A stretch of 64,000 bases of DNA from Herbiconiux sp. (GTDB taxonomy: Bacteria > Actinomycetota > Actinomycetes > Actinomycetales > Microbacteriaceae): positions 25,013 to 89,012 of the forward strand of contig NZ_JAHFUY010000019.1 in assembly GCF_023264895.1 (NCBI RefSeq), written 5' to 3'. Made by a program: the position numbers and the translations under genes. Shown one piece after another: positions 34,464 through 43,628 of this stretch (its first letter is position 1; the number at the start of each line of letters is the position of its first letter). Under the pieces are notes generated by a model. That model ran no database searches. It had not been told where the DNA came from and worked only from the letters and a program-made list of their open reading frames with translations.

Positions 34464-35008
34464 TCTGCCGGGCGGGCGGGGTGCCAGAGGCGCACGACGG
34501 CCTCCTTCTCGTAGGCCTTGCCCTGCGGGAAGCTCACGAGCTCGAACTGCATGCCCCAGGGAGCGCGGAAGTAGAGCCAGCGCTGGCCCTCGGCGGCCTG
34601 TTTGCTCGCCACGGGCGAGCCCATGACCTCCACGCCCTGCTCGCGCAGGTAGGCCTCCGCCACGTCGATGTCGTCGACGTAGAGGGCGAGGTGATGGCCC
34701 CCGATGTCGCTGTTGAGCGGCTGCGGCGCCTGGGGTCGGCCGTCCTCCGGCACCGCGTACTCGAACACCTCGAGGTTCGTGCCGTGGCCGAGGCGGTAGA
34801 AGCGGATCTCGCGGATCTCGGTGCGCGGATCGACCCCGATCTGCACCTGCATGAAGTCGTCGTCCGGGCCGGAGGCGCGCTTCGCACCGAGCGTGTAGAC
34901 GGGGACCGCGCCGAGCACGTCGACGAGGAAGCGCTCGGCCTCCTCGAGGTCGGTCACCGTGAAGCCCACGTGGTCGATACCGCGCGAGCCCGGGATTCCA
35001 GCGGACAT
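34460..35008 (-). CDS. VOC (glyoxalase/bleomycin resistance/dioxygenase) family protein
   Basis: Strong AAGGAGG ribosome-binding site before the ATG at 35008. Shows IDHVGFTVTDLEEAERF and HHLALYVDDID. Confidence 0.85.
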   Translation of the reverse strand: MSAGIPGSRGIDHVGFTVTDLEEAERFLVDVLGAVPVYTLGAKRASGPDDDFMQVQIGVDPRTEIREIRFYRLGHGTNLEVFEYAVPEDGRPQAPQPLNSDIGGHHLALYVDDIDVAEAYLREQGVEVMGSPVASKQAAEGQRWLYFRAPWGMQFELVSFPQGKAYEKEAVVRLWHPARPAE

Positions 35009-35169
35009 GCGACCTCCTTGACGCTCGATTGGATCCATTGTGCGTCATCCGCTCGAGAAAATCCATCGATTTCAGGATCAGGCGTTGATATTGGATGCAA
35101 TCCCTCGTATCGTCGTGGGCAAGCGAGAGGCACCGCCGGGTGCCGCCGTGCGGAAGGAACGTGGCGAAG

Positions 35170-37374
35170 ATGCCGAAGACCCGTCGACTGCAGACCGGAG
35201 TGGAGTGGCAGGAGCTCACCACCACGCCCGCCGATTGGAAGGCCGCCGACCCGGCGCTGCTCGGAACCATGCTGGCCGAGCTCCATCTCATCCGGGCCTT
35301 CGAGGAGACCGTGCTCGAGCTCGCGGGCGAGGGCCTCGTGCACGGGCCCGCCCACTCGAGCATCGGGCAGGAGGGCGGCGCGGTCGGCTCGATTGTGGGG
35401 CTCTCGTCGGCCGACGCCGTGAACGGCTCGCACCGCGGCCACCACCAGTTCCTCGCCAAGGCGCTCACCCACGTCTCCGACGGCCGCATCGACCCGGCCC
35501 ACGCGGTCACCGAGCCCATCCAGGCGGTGCTGCAGCGCACGCTCGCCGAGATCCTCGGCCTCGCCCAGGGCTACTGCTCGGGCCGCGGCGGCTCCATGCA
35601 CCTGCAGTGGTTCGAGGCCGGAGCCCTCGGCACCAACGCCATCGTCGGCGGCGGCGCCCCCATGGCGGCCGGCAACGCCTGGGCGCAGAAGCACTCGGGC
35701 ACCGACAACATCACCATCAACTACTTCGGCGACGGCGCGGCCCAGATCGGCTCCGTGCTCGAGTCGATGAACCTCGCGGCGGCGTGGAAGCTGCCGGTCA
35801 TGTTCTTCATCGAGAACAACATGTACGCGGTCTCCACGAAGTCCGACGAGATCACCGCCGACACCCGGTTCTCCGTGCGCGGCCAGGGCTTCGGCATCCG
35901 CTCGTGGCGCGTCGACGGCATGGATCCGCTGGCCGTGCACCTGGCCATGAAGGCCGCCGAGGAGCACATGCGCTCGGGTGAGGGCCCCGCCATCATCGAG
36001 GCCGAGGTCTACCGCTTCTTCCACCAGAACGGCCCCTACCCGGGCAGCGCCTTCGGTTACCGCCCCAAGGAGGAGGAGGGTCAGTGGAAGGCGCGCGATC
36101 CGCTCGACCGCCTGGCCAAGGAGATGATGGCCCTCAAGCTCATCGACGAGGCGGGCGTGGTCGCGCTGCGCGAGCAGGCGAAGGCCGCCATGAGCGCCGC
36201 GGTCGCCGAGCTCGTCGAGGCCGACCCGGAGTCCGACGGCAAGCGCCGGATCATCCCGTCGCTCTGGCCCGACGTCGGCTACGTCAACGTGGGCGTGCGC
36301 GGCGACGCGAGCGAGCTCGCCGAGCTCGACTCCTCCGACCCCACCGCCTACGAGGGCGAGTGGCGCGACCTCAAGTTCGTCGACGCGGTCGCCGGGGTGA
36401 TGGACCGCCGCATGGCGGAGGATCCGCGCATCGTCGTCATGGGAGAAGACGTGCACCGCCTGAACGGCGGCACGAACGGCGCCACCAAGGGCCTGGCCAA
36501 GAAGTACGGGTCGGATGCGCTGGGCGACGGCCGCGTGCTCGGCACCCCCATCAGCGAGAACGCCTTCACCGGCCTCGGTGCGGGTCTCGCGCTGGACGGC
36601 CGGTTCCGGCCCGTCGTGGAGTTCATGTACCCCGACTTCATGTGGGTGGCCGCCGACCAGGTGTTCAACCAGATCGGCAAGGCGCGGCACATGTTCGGCG
36701 CCGACACCCCCGTGCCGTTCGTGCTGCGCACGAAGGTCGCGATGGGCTCGGGCTACGGCTCGCAGCACCTCATGGATCCGGCGGGCATCTTCGCCACGAG
36801 CCCCGGCTGGCGGATCGTCGCGCCCTCCACGGCCGCCGACTACGTGGGCCTCATGAACGCGGCGCTCGCGCTGGAGGATCCGGTGCTCGTGATCGAGCAC
36901 GTCGACCTCTACGGCACCGCCGACAAGGTGCCGGAAGGCGACCTCGACTACATCCTCCCCCCGGGCCGCGCGGCCGTGCGGCGCACCGGATCGGACGTGA
37001 CGGTGATCAGCTACCTCTCGATGGTGCGCCACGCGCTCGAGGCGGTCGAGCAGACCGGCATCGACGCCGACGTCATCGACCTGCGCTGGCTCGACCGCGC
37101 GTCGATCGACTGGGACACCATCGGGGAGTCCATCAAGAAGACCAACAGCGTGCTCATCGTGGAGCAGGGCGCCCAGGGCACCTCGTACGGCGGCTGGCTC
37201 GCCGACGAGATCCAGCGCCGCTACTTCGACTGGCTCGATCAGCCGATCGAGCGGGTGCACGGAGGTGAGGCGTCGCCCAGCATCTCGAAGGTGCTCGAGC
37301 GCGCCGCCATCGCCCGCACCGAGGAGGTCGTCGCCGGCCTCGAGCGCGTGCGACTCGGATTCGGAGAGCGCTGA
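35170..37374 (+). CDS. thiamine-diphosphate-dependent 2-oxoacid dehydrogenase E1 component, fused alpha and beta subunits
   Basis: Alpha part: TPP motif GDGAAQIGSVLESMNLAAAWKLPVMFFIENNMYA. Beta part: EDPRIVVMGEDV... and the transketolase C-terminal domain. The start is uncertain (ATG 35170 or GTG 35161). Confidence 0.9.
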   Translation: MPKTRRLQTGVEWQELTTTPADWKAADPALLGTMLAELHLIRAFEETVLELAGEGLVHGPAHSSIGQEGGAVGSIVGLSSADAVNGSHRGHHQFLAKALTHVSDGRIDPAHAVTEPIQAVLQRTLAEILGLAQGYCSGRGGSMHLQWFEAGALGTNAIVGGGAPMAAGNAWAQKHSGTDNITINYFGDGAAQIGSVLESMNLAAAWKLPVMFFIENNMYAVSTKSDEITADTRFSVRGQGFGIRSWRVDGMDPLAVHLAMKAAEEHMRSGEGPAIIEAEVYRFFHQNGPYPGSAFGYRPKEEEGQWKARDPLDRLAKEMMALKLIDEAGVVALREQAKAAMSAAVAELVEADPESDGKRRIIPSLWPDVGYVNVGVRGDASELAELDSSDPTAYEGEWRDLKFVDAVAGVMDRRMAEDPRIVVMGEDVHRLNGGTNGATKGLAKKYGSDALGDGRVLGTPISENAFTGLGAGLALDGRFRPVVEFMYPDFMWVAADQVFNQIGKARHMFGADTPVPFVLRTKVAMGSGYGSQHLMDPAGIFATSPGWRIVAPSTAADYVGLMNAALALEDPVLVIEHVDLYGTADKVPEGDLDYILPPGRAAVRRTGSDVTVISYLSMVRHALEAVEQTGIDADVIDLRWLDRASIDWDTIGESIKKTNSVLIVEQGAQGTSYGGWLADEIQRRYFDWLDQPIERVHGGEASPSISKVLERAAIARTEEVVAGLERVRLGFGER

Positions 37375-38888
37375 TGTCGACCGTCATCCGTATGCCGGAG
37401 GTTCTCGCGGGAGCCGCCGAGGGCGCCATCCAGTCGTGGCTGGTGCAGGTCGGGCAGTCGGTCGTGGTGGGCGAACCGCTCGCCGAGGTCGAGACCGAGA
37501 AGGCCACCGTGGAGTACGCCGCCGAGATCGGGGGCACGCTGCTGAAGGTGCTCGTCGAGGAGGGGGTCTCGGTCAACGTGGGCGAGCCGATCGCCGTGGT
37601 CGGCGAGCCCGGTGAGAGTGCCGACGACGCGGAGGCGCCCTCGGGTGGTTCTGCTTCGAGTGGTTCGGCGTCGGGCGATTCTGCCTCGGGGGCGTCGACT
37701 GTGGAGGCGGGCACGTCGGTGCCTGCGGGGTCGAAGCCGGCCGACGGTGCGTCGCCCTCCGAGCCTCGGACCGCGCCCGAGCCCGAGACCGCGCCGGAGG
37801 GCGAGAGCTCGCCGGTGGCGGATGCGCCGGCGGATCTGAGCGGGGGAGCCGGTGCGCCCGGTGCCGCTGGATCGGGGTCCGGTGGGTCCGGGTCCGGCGA
37901 ATCGGAGTCTGGTGAGTCCGGATCGGGCGAGTCCGGGTCGCGACTGTTCGCGAGTCCCATCGTGCGTCGGCTGGCGAAGGAGCGCGGGGTCGACCTCGCG
38001 TCGCTGCGCGGCACCGGGCCCGGTGGGCGGATCGTGCGGGCCGACCTCGAGCGGGCGCCCGAGAGCGCTCCGGCGGCGGCCGGGAGCGGCGGGGCCGGTG
38101 CCAGCGGTGCCAGTGCACCCGCAGCATCCGCGTCCCCGGCATCCGCTGCGCCTGCGAAGGAGGCACCTGCTGCCGCCCAGGCTGCCGCACCTGCCGCTGC
38201 CGGCGGCGCCGGGTTCACCGAGGTGCCCCACACGGGCATGCGGCGGGCCATCGCGCGGCGGCTCACCGAGAGCAAGTCGACGGTGCCGCACTTCTACCTC
38301 GTGGCCGACTGCCGGGTCGATGACCTCATCGCCCTGCGCAAGACGGTCAACGAGGCGGCGAGCATCAAGGTGTCGCTCAACGACTTCGTGCTGAAGGCGG
38401 CTGCGGCGGCGTTCGGCGACGTGCCGGAGGCCAACGCCACCTGGGGCGACACCGCGGTGCGCCGCTACGACACCGTCGACATGTCGGTGGCCGTGGCCAT
38501 CGAGGGCGGGCTCGTCACTCCGGTGCTCCGCTCGGTCGAGAAGCTCCCGCTCACCGAGGTCGCGCGCACCGTCGCCGATCTGGCCGGTCGTGCCCGCGAG
38601 GGCAAGCTCCGCCAGAACGAGCTCGAGGGCGGCAGCTTCGCCGTCTCGAACCTCGGCATGTACGGGGTCACCGAGTTCTCGGCGATCATCAACCCGCCGC
38701 AGTCCGCGATCCTCGCGGTCGGTGCCGCCCGGCAGCAGCCGGTCGTCGTCGACGGGGAGCTCGCGGTCGGCACGGTCATGACCGTCACCCTCTCGGCCGA
38801 CCACCGCGTGCTCGACGGCGCCCTCGCGGCCCAGTGGCTCGCGGCCTTCGTCAAGCGCATCGAGAACCCCCTCACGATCCTGATCTAG
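37374..38888 (+). CDS. dihydrolipoamide acyltransferase E2 component
   Basis: Lipoyl domain (EVETEKATVE), a long Ser/Gly/Ala/Pro linker, a subunit-binding domain (ASPIVRRLAKERGVDL) and a catalytic domain (SADHRVLDGA). The TGATG overlaps the E1 stop. Confidence 0.9.
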   Translation: MSTVIRMPEVLAGAAEGAIQSWLVQVGQSVVVGEPLAEVETEKATVEYAAEIGGTLLKVLVEEGVSVNVGEPIAVVGEPGESADDAEAPSGGSASSGSASGDSASGASTVEAGTSVPAGSKPADGASPSEPRTAPEPETAPEGESSPVADAPADLSGGAGAPGAAGSGSGGSGSGESESGESGSGESGSRLFASPIVRRLAKERGVDLASLRGTGPGGRIVRADLERAPESAPAAAGSGGAGASGASAPAASASPASAAPAKEAPAAAQAAAPAAAGGAGFTEVPHTGMRRAIARRLTESKSTVPHFYLVADCRVDDLIALRKTVNEAASIKVSLNDFVLKAAAAAFGDVPEANATWGDTAVRRYDTVDMSVAVAIEGGLVTPVLRSVEKLPLTEVARTVADLAGRAREGKLRQNELEGGSFAVSNLGMYGVTEFSAIINPPQSAILAVGAARQQPVVVDGELAVGTVMTVTLSADHRVLDGALAAQWLAAFVKRIENPLTILI

Positions 38889-38933
38889 CCCCGGCTCGGC
38901 GCCTCGCTCGCGCCACGCTCGCGCCAGCGCGGA

Positions 38934-38971
38934 AGGAGGAGTTCTGCGGCCACCGGGCTGCAGAACTCCTC
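38934..38971 (+). terminator. rho-independent-type terminator: 13-bp stem GGAGGAGTTCTGC / GCAGAACTCCTCC, 12-nt loop, followed by GTTGCCGTTTTCGG
   Basis: Read directly, 46 nt after the E2 stop. Confidence 0.6.
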
Positions 38972-39033
38972 CGTTGCCGTTTTCGGGCGCCAGATTCCTC
39001 CGTTGCGGTGGCGGGTTCGGGGCGTGGCGGGGG

Positions 39034-40251
39034 TCAGGTGCGGAGCAGCGCCGAGGCCGCCGTGGCCGCTGCCCGGCCCGCACGATTCGCGCCCACCGTC
39101 GACTGCGACGGGCCGAAGCCCACCAGCTGCACGCGCGGGTCGGCCTCGACGGCCGTTCCGCGCATCCGGATGCCACCGGCGGCGTTCCGCAGGTGCAGCG
39201 GATCGAGATGGGCGAGGTCGGCGCGGAAGCCCGTGGCCCACAGCACCGTGTCGACCGAGGTGAACGAGCCGTCGGCCTCACGCACGCCGTGGGGCTCGAG
39301 CGCGGTGAACATCGGCCGCCGCTCGAGGGCGCCGCGCTCGCGGGCGGCGAGGGCGTAAGGGGTCCAGAACAGGCCCGTGTAGGAGACGACGCTCGAGGCC
39401 GGGCGCCCCGCCTCGACGTCGGCGGTCACCCGGGCGATCGTGTCGCGGCCGGTCTCCTGGCCGAAGGGCCCCTCGAGGAAGACCGGTTCGCGCCGTGTGT
39501 ACCAGGCTGTCCAGGCCACGCGGGAGATCTCCTCGAGCTGCTGCACGGCCGAGATCCCGCCGCCGACCACCGCCACCCGATGCCCCCGGAACTCCTCGAG
39601 CGACACGTAGTCGCGCGTGTGCATCTGACGACCGAGGAACACGTCGCTGCCGGGGAAGTCCGGCCGCAGCGGGTTGCCCCAGGTGCCGGTGGCGTTGATG
39701 ACCACGTGCGTCAGCCACGCGCCGGGCGCGTCGTGGGGTGCGCGGGTGCCGGCCGCGGCCGGGGAACCGCCGGTGGTCTGCGCCGCGCTCGAGGTCGCCG
39801 CGCTCGAGGTCGCCGTGTTCGTGGTCGCCGTGCTCACGGTCTCCACGAGCAGGAGGCCGGCGGGGTCGTGGTCCACGGCCCGCACCGATCTCACGCGCAC
39901 GGGGCGGAGGATCGGGAAGGCGTTCCGCTCCTCGTAGTCGGCGAAATAGCGCGGAACGGCGGTGCGGCTGGGCTCCTCGTCGTCGATCGGCGGCTTGGCG
40001 AAGCCCGGCAGGTCGAAGATCCCGTTGACCGTCGCCATCCGCAGCGACTCCCACCGGTGCTGCCACGCACCTCCGGGGGCCGTCTCGGCGTCGAGCACCA
40101 CGAACGTCCGGAGATCCTGGTCGGCGCTCGCCGGATGCTCGAGCGCGCTCTCGAAGCCGAGCCGCCGCAGATGGAAGGCCGCCGAGAGCCCCGCCTGGCC
40201 GGCCCCGATCACGACGACCGTCGCGAAGCGCTGGGGCGGGCGGGTGGTCAT
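39034..40251 (-). CDS. FAD/NAD(P)-binding flavoprotein monooxygenase-like protein (ArsO-like)
   Basis: Shows VVVIGAGQAGLSAAFHLRRLG...LDAETAPGGAWQHRWESLR and a second dinucleotide motif VAVVGGGISA. Carries a Thr/Ser/Ala-rich insertion. Confidence 0.8.
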   Translation of the reverse strand: MTTRPPQRFATVVVIGAGQAGLSAAFHLRRLGFESALEHPASADQDLRTFVVLDAETAPGGAWQHRWESLRMATVNGIFDLPGFAKPPIDDEEPSRTAVPRYFADYEERNAFPILRPVRVRSVRAVDHDPAGLLLVETVSTATTNTATSSAATSSAAQTTGGSPAAAGTRAPHDAPGAWLTHVVINATGTWGNPLRPDFPGSDVFLGRQMHTRDYVSLEEFRGHRVAVVGGGISAVQQLEEISRVAWTAWYTRREPVFLEGPFGQETGRDTIARVTADVEAGRPASSVVSYTGLFWTPYALAARERGALERRPMFTALEPHGVREADGSFTSVDTVLWATGFRADLAHLDPLHLRNAAGGIRMRGTAVEADPRVQLVGFGPSQSTVGANRAGRAAATAASALLRT

Positions 40252-40274
40252 GCCCGGTACAACGTCACGGGGCG

Positions 40275-40346
40275 GCGGATGTTCCCGGCGCCGTGGGTGG
40301 GAGGTGCGCTGCGGATGTTCCCGGCGGCGTGGGTGGGCGGTGCGCT
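40275..40346. repeat. tandem direct repeat, 2 x 36 bp (GCGGATGTTCCCGGCGCCGTGGGTGGGAGGTGCGCT, 34/36 identical)
   Basis: Read directly. Lies between the gluconokinase stop and the start of the ArsO-like gene. Confidence 0.85.
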
Positions 40347-41001
40347 ACGGCGTATCCGCGGCACCTGCTGCACCTGCTGCACTCGCTGCGCCCGCTGCGC
40401 CCGTTGCGCCCGCGGCATCACCGGCATCCGGGCTGCGGGTGAGGAACGCCCTCACCTCCGCGATGACCGCCTCGGGTGTGTCGGCGGCGTCGACCGTGAG
40501 GCCGGGCTCCTGCGGACCGAGGGGTTCGAGCGCATCGAGCTGCGAGTCGAGCAGCGATGCGGGCATGAAGTGGCCGGTGCGGGAGCGCAGCCGGCCGAGG
40601 AGCATCTCGCGATCACCCTGCAGCAGCACGAAGCGCGTGCCCGGAGCCCGCTCCAGGATGGCGTCGCGATAGCTCACCCGCAGTGCGGAGCACGCCACGA
40701 CCACGCCGGTCGCGGGAGTGGAGGCGTCACCGCTGCCGGCGCCTGAGCCTGTGCCGGTGCCCGTGCCGCTGTTCGTGCCCGTGCTGGCCGCCCGGATCGC
40801 GTCGCCCACGGCCCGCAGCCACGGCCACCGGTCGTCGTCGTCGAGCGGCAGGCCCGCCCGCATCTTCTCGATGTTCGTGAGCGGGTGCAGATCGTCGGCA
40901 TCCACGAACGGAACACCGAGCGCCCCGGCCAGGGCGGCTCCGACCGTCGACTTCCCGGATCCGCTGACCCCCATCACGACGAGAGCAGGAGGCGGGTTCA
41001 T
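40345..41001 (-). CDS. gntK: gluconokinase (shikimate-kinase-like P-loop kinase) with low-complexity insertion and tail
   Basis: Shows GVSGSGKSTVG and DADDLHPLTNIEKMRAGLPLDDDDRWPWL, typical of GntK. GGAGG ribosome-binding site. Confidence 0.8.
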   Translation of the reverse strand: MNPPPALVVMGVSGSGKSTVGAALAGALGVPFVDADDLHPLTNIEKMRAGLPLDDDDRWPWLRAVGDAIRAASTGTNSGTGTGTGSGAGSGDASTPATGVVVACSALRVSYRDAILERAPGTRFVLLQGDREMLLGRLRSRTGHFMPASLLDSQLDALEPLGPQEPGLTVDAADTPEAVIAEVRAFLTRSPDAGDAAGATGAAGAASAAGAAGAADTP

Positions 41002-41036
41002 GCCTCCACCGTACCCACTGCGGGCGCGGGCCGGCT

Positions 41037-41387
41037 TCAGCGCAGGTGGCTCTGCCAGTCCGCGGGCACGCGGTCGGCGGGCCCCGGCACGGTCTGGTCG
41101 AGCGGATGCGCGTGCGGCGGCGCGAGGACGGGGCCGTCGGCGTAGTCACCGGCCGTGTAGTCCCAGAACCAGTCCTCCCCGGGCTCGAAGCTCTGGATCA
41201 CCGGATGCCCGGTCGACTCGAAGTGGGCGGTGGCGTGGCCGCTCGGCGAGGAGTCGCAGCAGCCCACATGGCCGCAGAGGGCGCAGCGGCGGAGGTGCAG
41301 CCACCAGCCGCCGGTCTCACCGCACTCGAGGCATCCCGTTCCGCTCGGCGGGACGGTGGGGTCGATGGACTGCTCGCGCTCGCTCAT
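41037..41387 (-). CDS. UBP-type zinc-finger domain protein
   Basis: Shows CLECGETGGWWLHLRRCALCGHVGCCDSSPSGHATAHFESTGHP. Start taken at MSERE (41387). Confidence 0.75.
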   Translation of the reverse strand: MSEREQSIDPTVPPSGTGCLECGETGGWWLHLRRCALCGHVGCCDSSPSGHATAHFESTGHPVIQSFEPGEDWFWDYTAGDYADGPVLAPPHAHPLDQTVPGPADRVPADWQSHLR

Positions 41388-41487
41388 GCGGTGATTCTGC
41401 CCGCTGCGGTGCTCTCGGGCAACCGAGGTGCCGTTCGCCACGCAACGCCGCCGGCCAGGCCGGCCGTCCGCCGCGCATCGCCGCCGG

Positions 41488-42288
41488 TCAGGCCGTGATG
41501 CCCGGCATCGCACCCATGCTGCGGAGGGTGAGGTCGACGACGTAGACGATCACGACGATCGTGATCACGAACGACAGCGCCACGATCCCGAACGCCACCC
41601 ACATGGGTGCGATGCCGCCACCGCTCTGCCGGCGCACGACGATCGAACGCCCGATGGCGTAGACCGGCGCCACGAGGCCGAGGAACGCGAAGGCCCAGTG
41701 GAACGGCTGCGCATACCCGCGGGCGAGGAGCCACTTGCGGTCGAAGGAGGCGAGCACGATGCCCGCGCCGTAGACCACCCAGCCGATGACGCCGGCCACG
41801 GCCTGCGCCACGAGCGCCGTGGTGGACATGCCCCCGAACGGATCGACCGAGGTCGGGTCGGTCGAGTACGGCGTGCTCAGCTGCTGCTCGAAGTCGGCGA
41901 ACGACAGGGGCAGCGTGAGCAGACCGATGAGGGGGAGGAGCGTGATGATCCAGATGAAGGGGCCGTAGGCGGGCGTCCCCGGAGCCACCTTCGGGGGCGC
42001 CGCGGGCGCGAACTGCTGCGCGGGGTAGGCGTAGCGATCCGGCTGTGCCGGGTACGCGGACTGTGCCGGGTACGCGGACTGCGCCGGGTACGCGGGCTGC
42101 GCCGGGTACTCGGGCTGCGCCGCGTGGGCAGGCTGCGCCGGGTATGCCGGCGGCGCGATGGGGGCGGGCGGCGCCGCCACCGGCTGCAGGTGCCCGGTCC
42201 ACGCGGTCCCGTCCCACCAGCGCTGGGAGGCCGAGCCGGCCGGGTCCGGGTACCAACCTGCGGGCGTCCGCCCATCCGCTGTGCTCAC
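41488..42288 (-). CDS. DUF2510 domain membrane protein with Tyr/Pro/Ala/Gln hexapeptide repeats
   Basis: Shows GWYPDPAGSASQRWWDGTAWTGH (DUF2510), a repeat tract, then four hydrophobic segments. The GTG start at 42288 is chosen after GAAAGG, and the start is uncertain. Confidence 0.7.
   Translation of the reverse strand: MSTADGRTPAGWYPDPAGSASQRWWDGTAWTGHLQPVAAPPAPIAPPAYPAQPAHAAQPEYPAQPAYPAQSAYPAQSAYPAQPDRYAYPAQQFAPAAPPKVAPGTPAYGPFIWIITLLPLIGLLTLPLSFADFEQQLSTPYSTDPTSVDPFGGMSTTALVAQAVAGVIGWVVYGAGIVLASFDRKWLLARGYAQPFHWAFAFLGLVAPVYAIGRSIVVRRQSGGGIAPMWVAFGIVALSFVITIVVIVYVVDLTLRSMGAMPGITA
42043..42150. repeat. six tandem 18-bp units (CTGYGCCGGGTACGCGGR and variants) inside the DUF2510 gene
   Basis: Read directly. 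On the minus strand they encode the (Y)PAQ(S/P)A repeats. Confidence 0.85.
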
Positions 42289-42404
42289 CGCGTGCCTTTC
42301 GAGGAGTGGATCTGCGCATGCCCTGCGCCGTAGCCAGCTTAGGGTCGCGACCGTGAGCAACCGTTCCGGAGGGAGCGGTATCCTCGTGGGGGGAATTCGA
42401 CGGG

Positions 42405-43628
42405 ATGCACATGACCACCACCGGCAACGCCACGACACCCGCAGCAGGCGGATCCGCACTCGGGGACCCTGTGCACGGCGCCCCGGTTCACGGCACCCCC
42501 GCGCGCGGCGCCGAGTTCGATGCCCCCGTGCTCGATGCCCCCGTGCTCGATGCCCCCGTGCTCGACGACTCGGTGCGGGTCGAGGGCGGGGTCGTCCGCA
42601 TCCTCGACCGCCGGGTGTTCCCCGAGACGGTGAGCTGGGTCACCGCCACCGATGCCGAAGAGGTGGGCGCCGCCATCGCGGGCATGGTGACGCAGAGCTC
42701 CGGGCCGCTGTTCGCCGCCTACGCCGGTCTCGAGATGACGGCGCTGCAGGTCGCCGACCTCGCTCCGGATGCGGCACGCGAGCGGCTGCGCGAGGCCGGC
42801 CGGGTGCTCGAGAGCGCCCGACCCACGAACAACCACCCCCGCGAGGCCGTCGCCCACGTGCTCGCGGCGGTCGATGCCGCCGACGCCGGCACCGCGTCCA
42901 TCGTCGAGGCCGCCGTCGACGCCGCGCGCGAGGGCGCCGCGATCTACCGCGCTCGCAGCCGCCGCCTCGGCGAGGCCACGGTGGAGCTGCTGCCGGACGG
43001 TGCCCGCATCCTCACCCACTGCTGGATGGACACGTACCTGATCGAGTTCGTGCGCGCCGCCCGCGCGGCCGGCAAGCGCTTCGAGTGGGTGGCCACGGAG
43101 ACCCGCCCCTACCTGCAGGGTGCTCGGCTGACGGCCCACACGCTCGCAGAGTTCGGGGAGCACGTGACCCTCATCACCGACGGCATGGGCGCCGCCGCGC
43201 TCGCCGCCGGTCACGACGCCGACTCGGGCCTCGAGCCGGGAGCGCGGCACACCGCGGGCATCGGTCCGATCGACGCGCTCGTGACCGCGGCCGACCGGGT
43301 CTCGCTCGATGGCAGCGTCGTGAACAAGGTGGGCACCCTCGGCCTCGCGGTGGCCGCCCATGCCTTCGGGGTTCCGTTCTACGCGCTCGTCCAGGCTCCG
43401 GATGCCGAGGCGCCCACCGCGGCCGACATCGTCGTGGAGTCGCGCGATCCGGGTGAGGTGCTGCACACGCTCGGCCGCCGCACCGCGTCGTCGCTCGTGA
43501 CCGAGGCCTGGTACCCGGCCTTCGACGTGACCCCCTCGCGGTTCGTGTCGCGCATCGTCACCGACCGGGGCGCGTTCGAACCCGCCCGCGTCGGCGAGCT
43601 GTACGCGGCGGCGGGGGAGCACGCGTGA
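42405..43628 (+). CDS. mtnA: S-methyl-5-thioribose-1-phosphate isomerase (eIF-2B alpha/beta/delta family)
   Basis: Shows ...TETRPYLQGARLTAH... and ...GSVVNKVGTLGLAVAAHAFGVPFY.... The N-terminal extension contains DAPVL x3. Confidence 0.85.
   Translation: MHMTTTGNATTPAAGGSALGDPVHGAPVHGTPARGAEFDAPVLDAPVLDAPVLDDSVRVEGGVVRILDRRVFPETVSWVTATDAEEVGAAIAGMVTQSSGPLFAAYAGLEMTALQVADLAPDAARERLREAGRVLESARPTNNHPREAVAHVLAAVDAADAGTASIVEAAVDAAREGAAIYRARSRRLGEATVELLPDGARILTHCWMDTYLIEFVRAARAAGKRFEWVATETRPYLQGARLTAHTLAEFGEHVTLITDGMGAAALAAGHDADSGLEPGARHTAGIGPIDALVTAADRVSLDGSVVNKVGTLGLAVAAHAFGVPFYALVQAPDAEAPTAADIVVESRDPGEVLHTLGRRTASSLVTEAWYPAFDVTPSRFVSRIVTDRGAFEPARVGELYAAAGEHA

Noticed and set aside
39034-40251. 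The flavoprotein downstream of E2 as the missing E3 lipoamide dehydrogenase.
   Set aside because: It is on the opposite strand and separated by a terminator. It lacks the CxxxxC redox-disulfide motif of E3. Its N-terminal pattern (PGGAWQHRWESLR) matches ArsO-type flavin monooxygenase-like proteins instead.
40275-42150. Tandem repeats at 40275-40346 and 42043-42150 (and 32156-32233) as possible CRISPR arrays.
   Set aside because: The units are directly adjacent with no unique spacers, there are only 2-6 copies, one array is inside a coding region, and there are no cas genes in the window.
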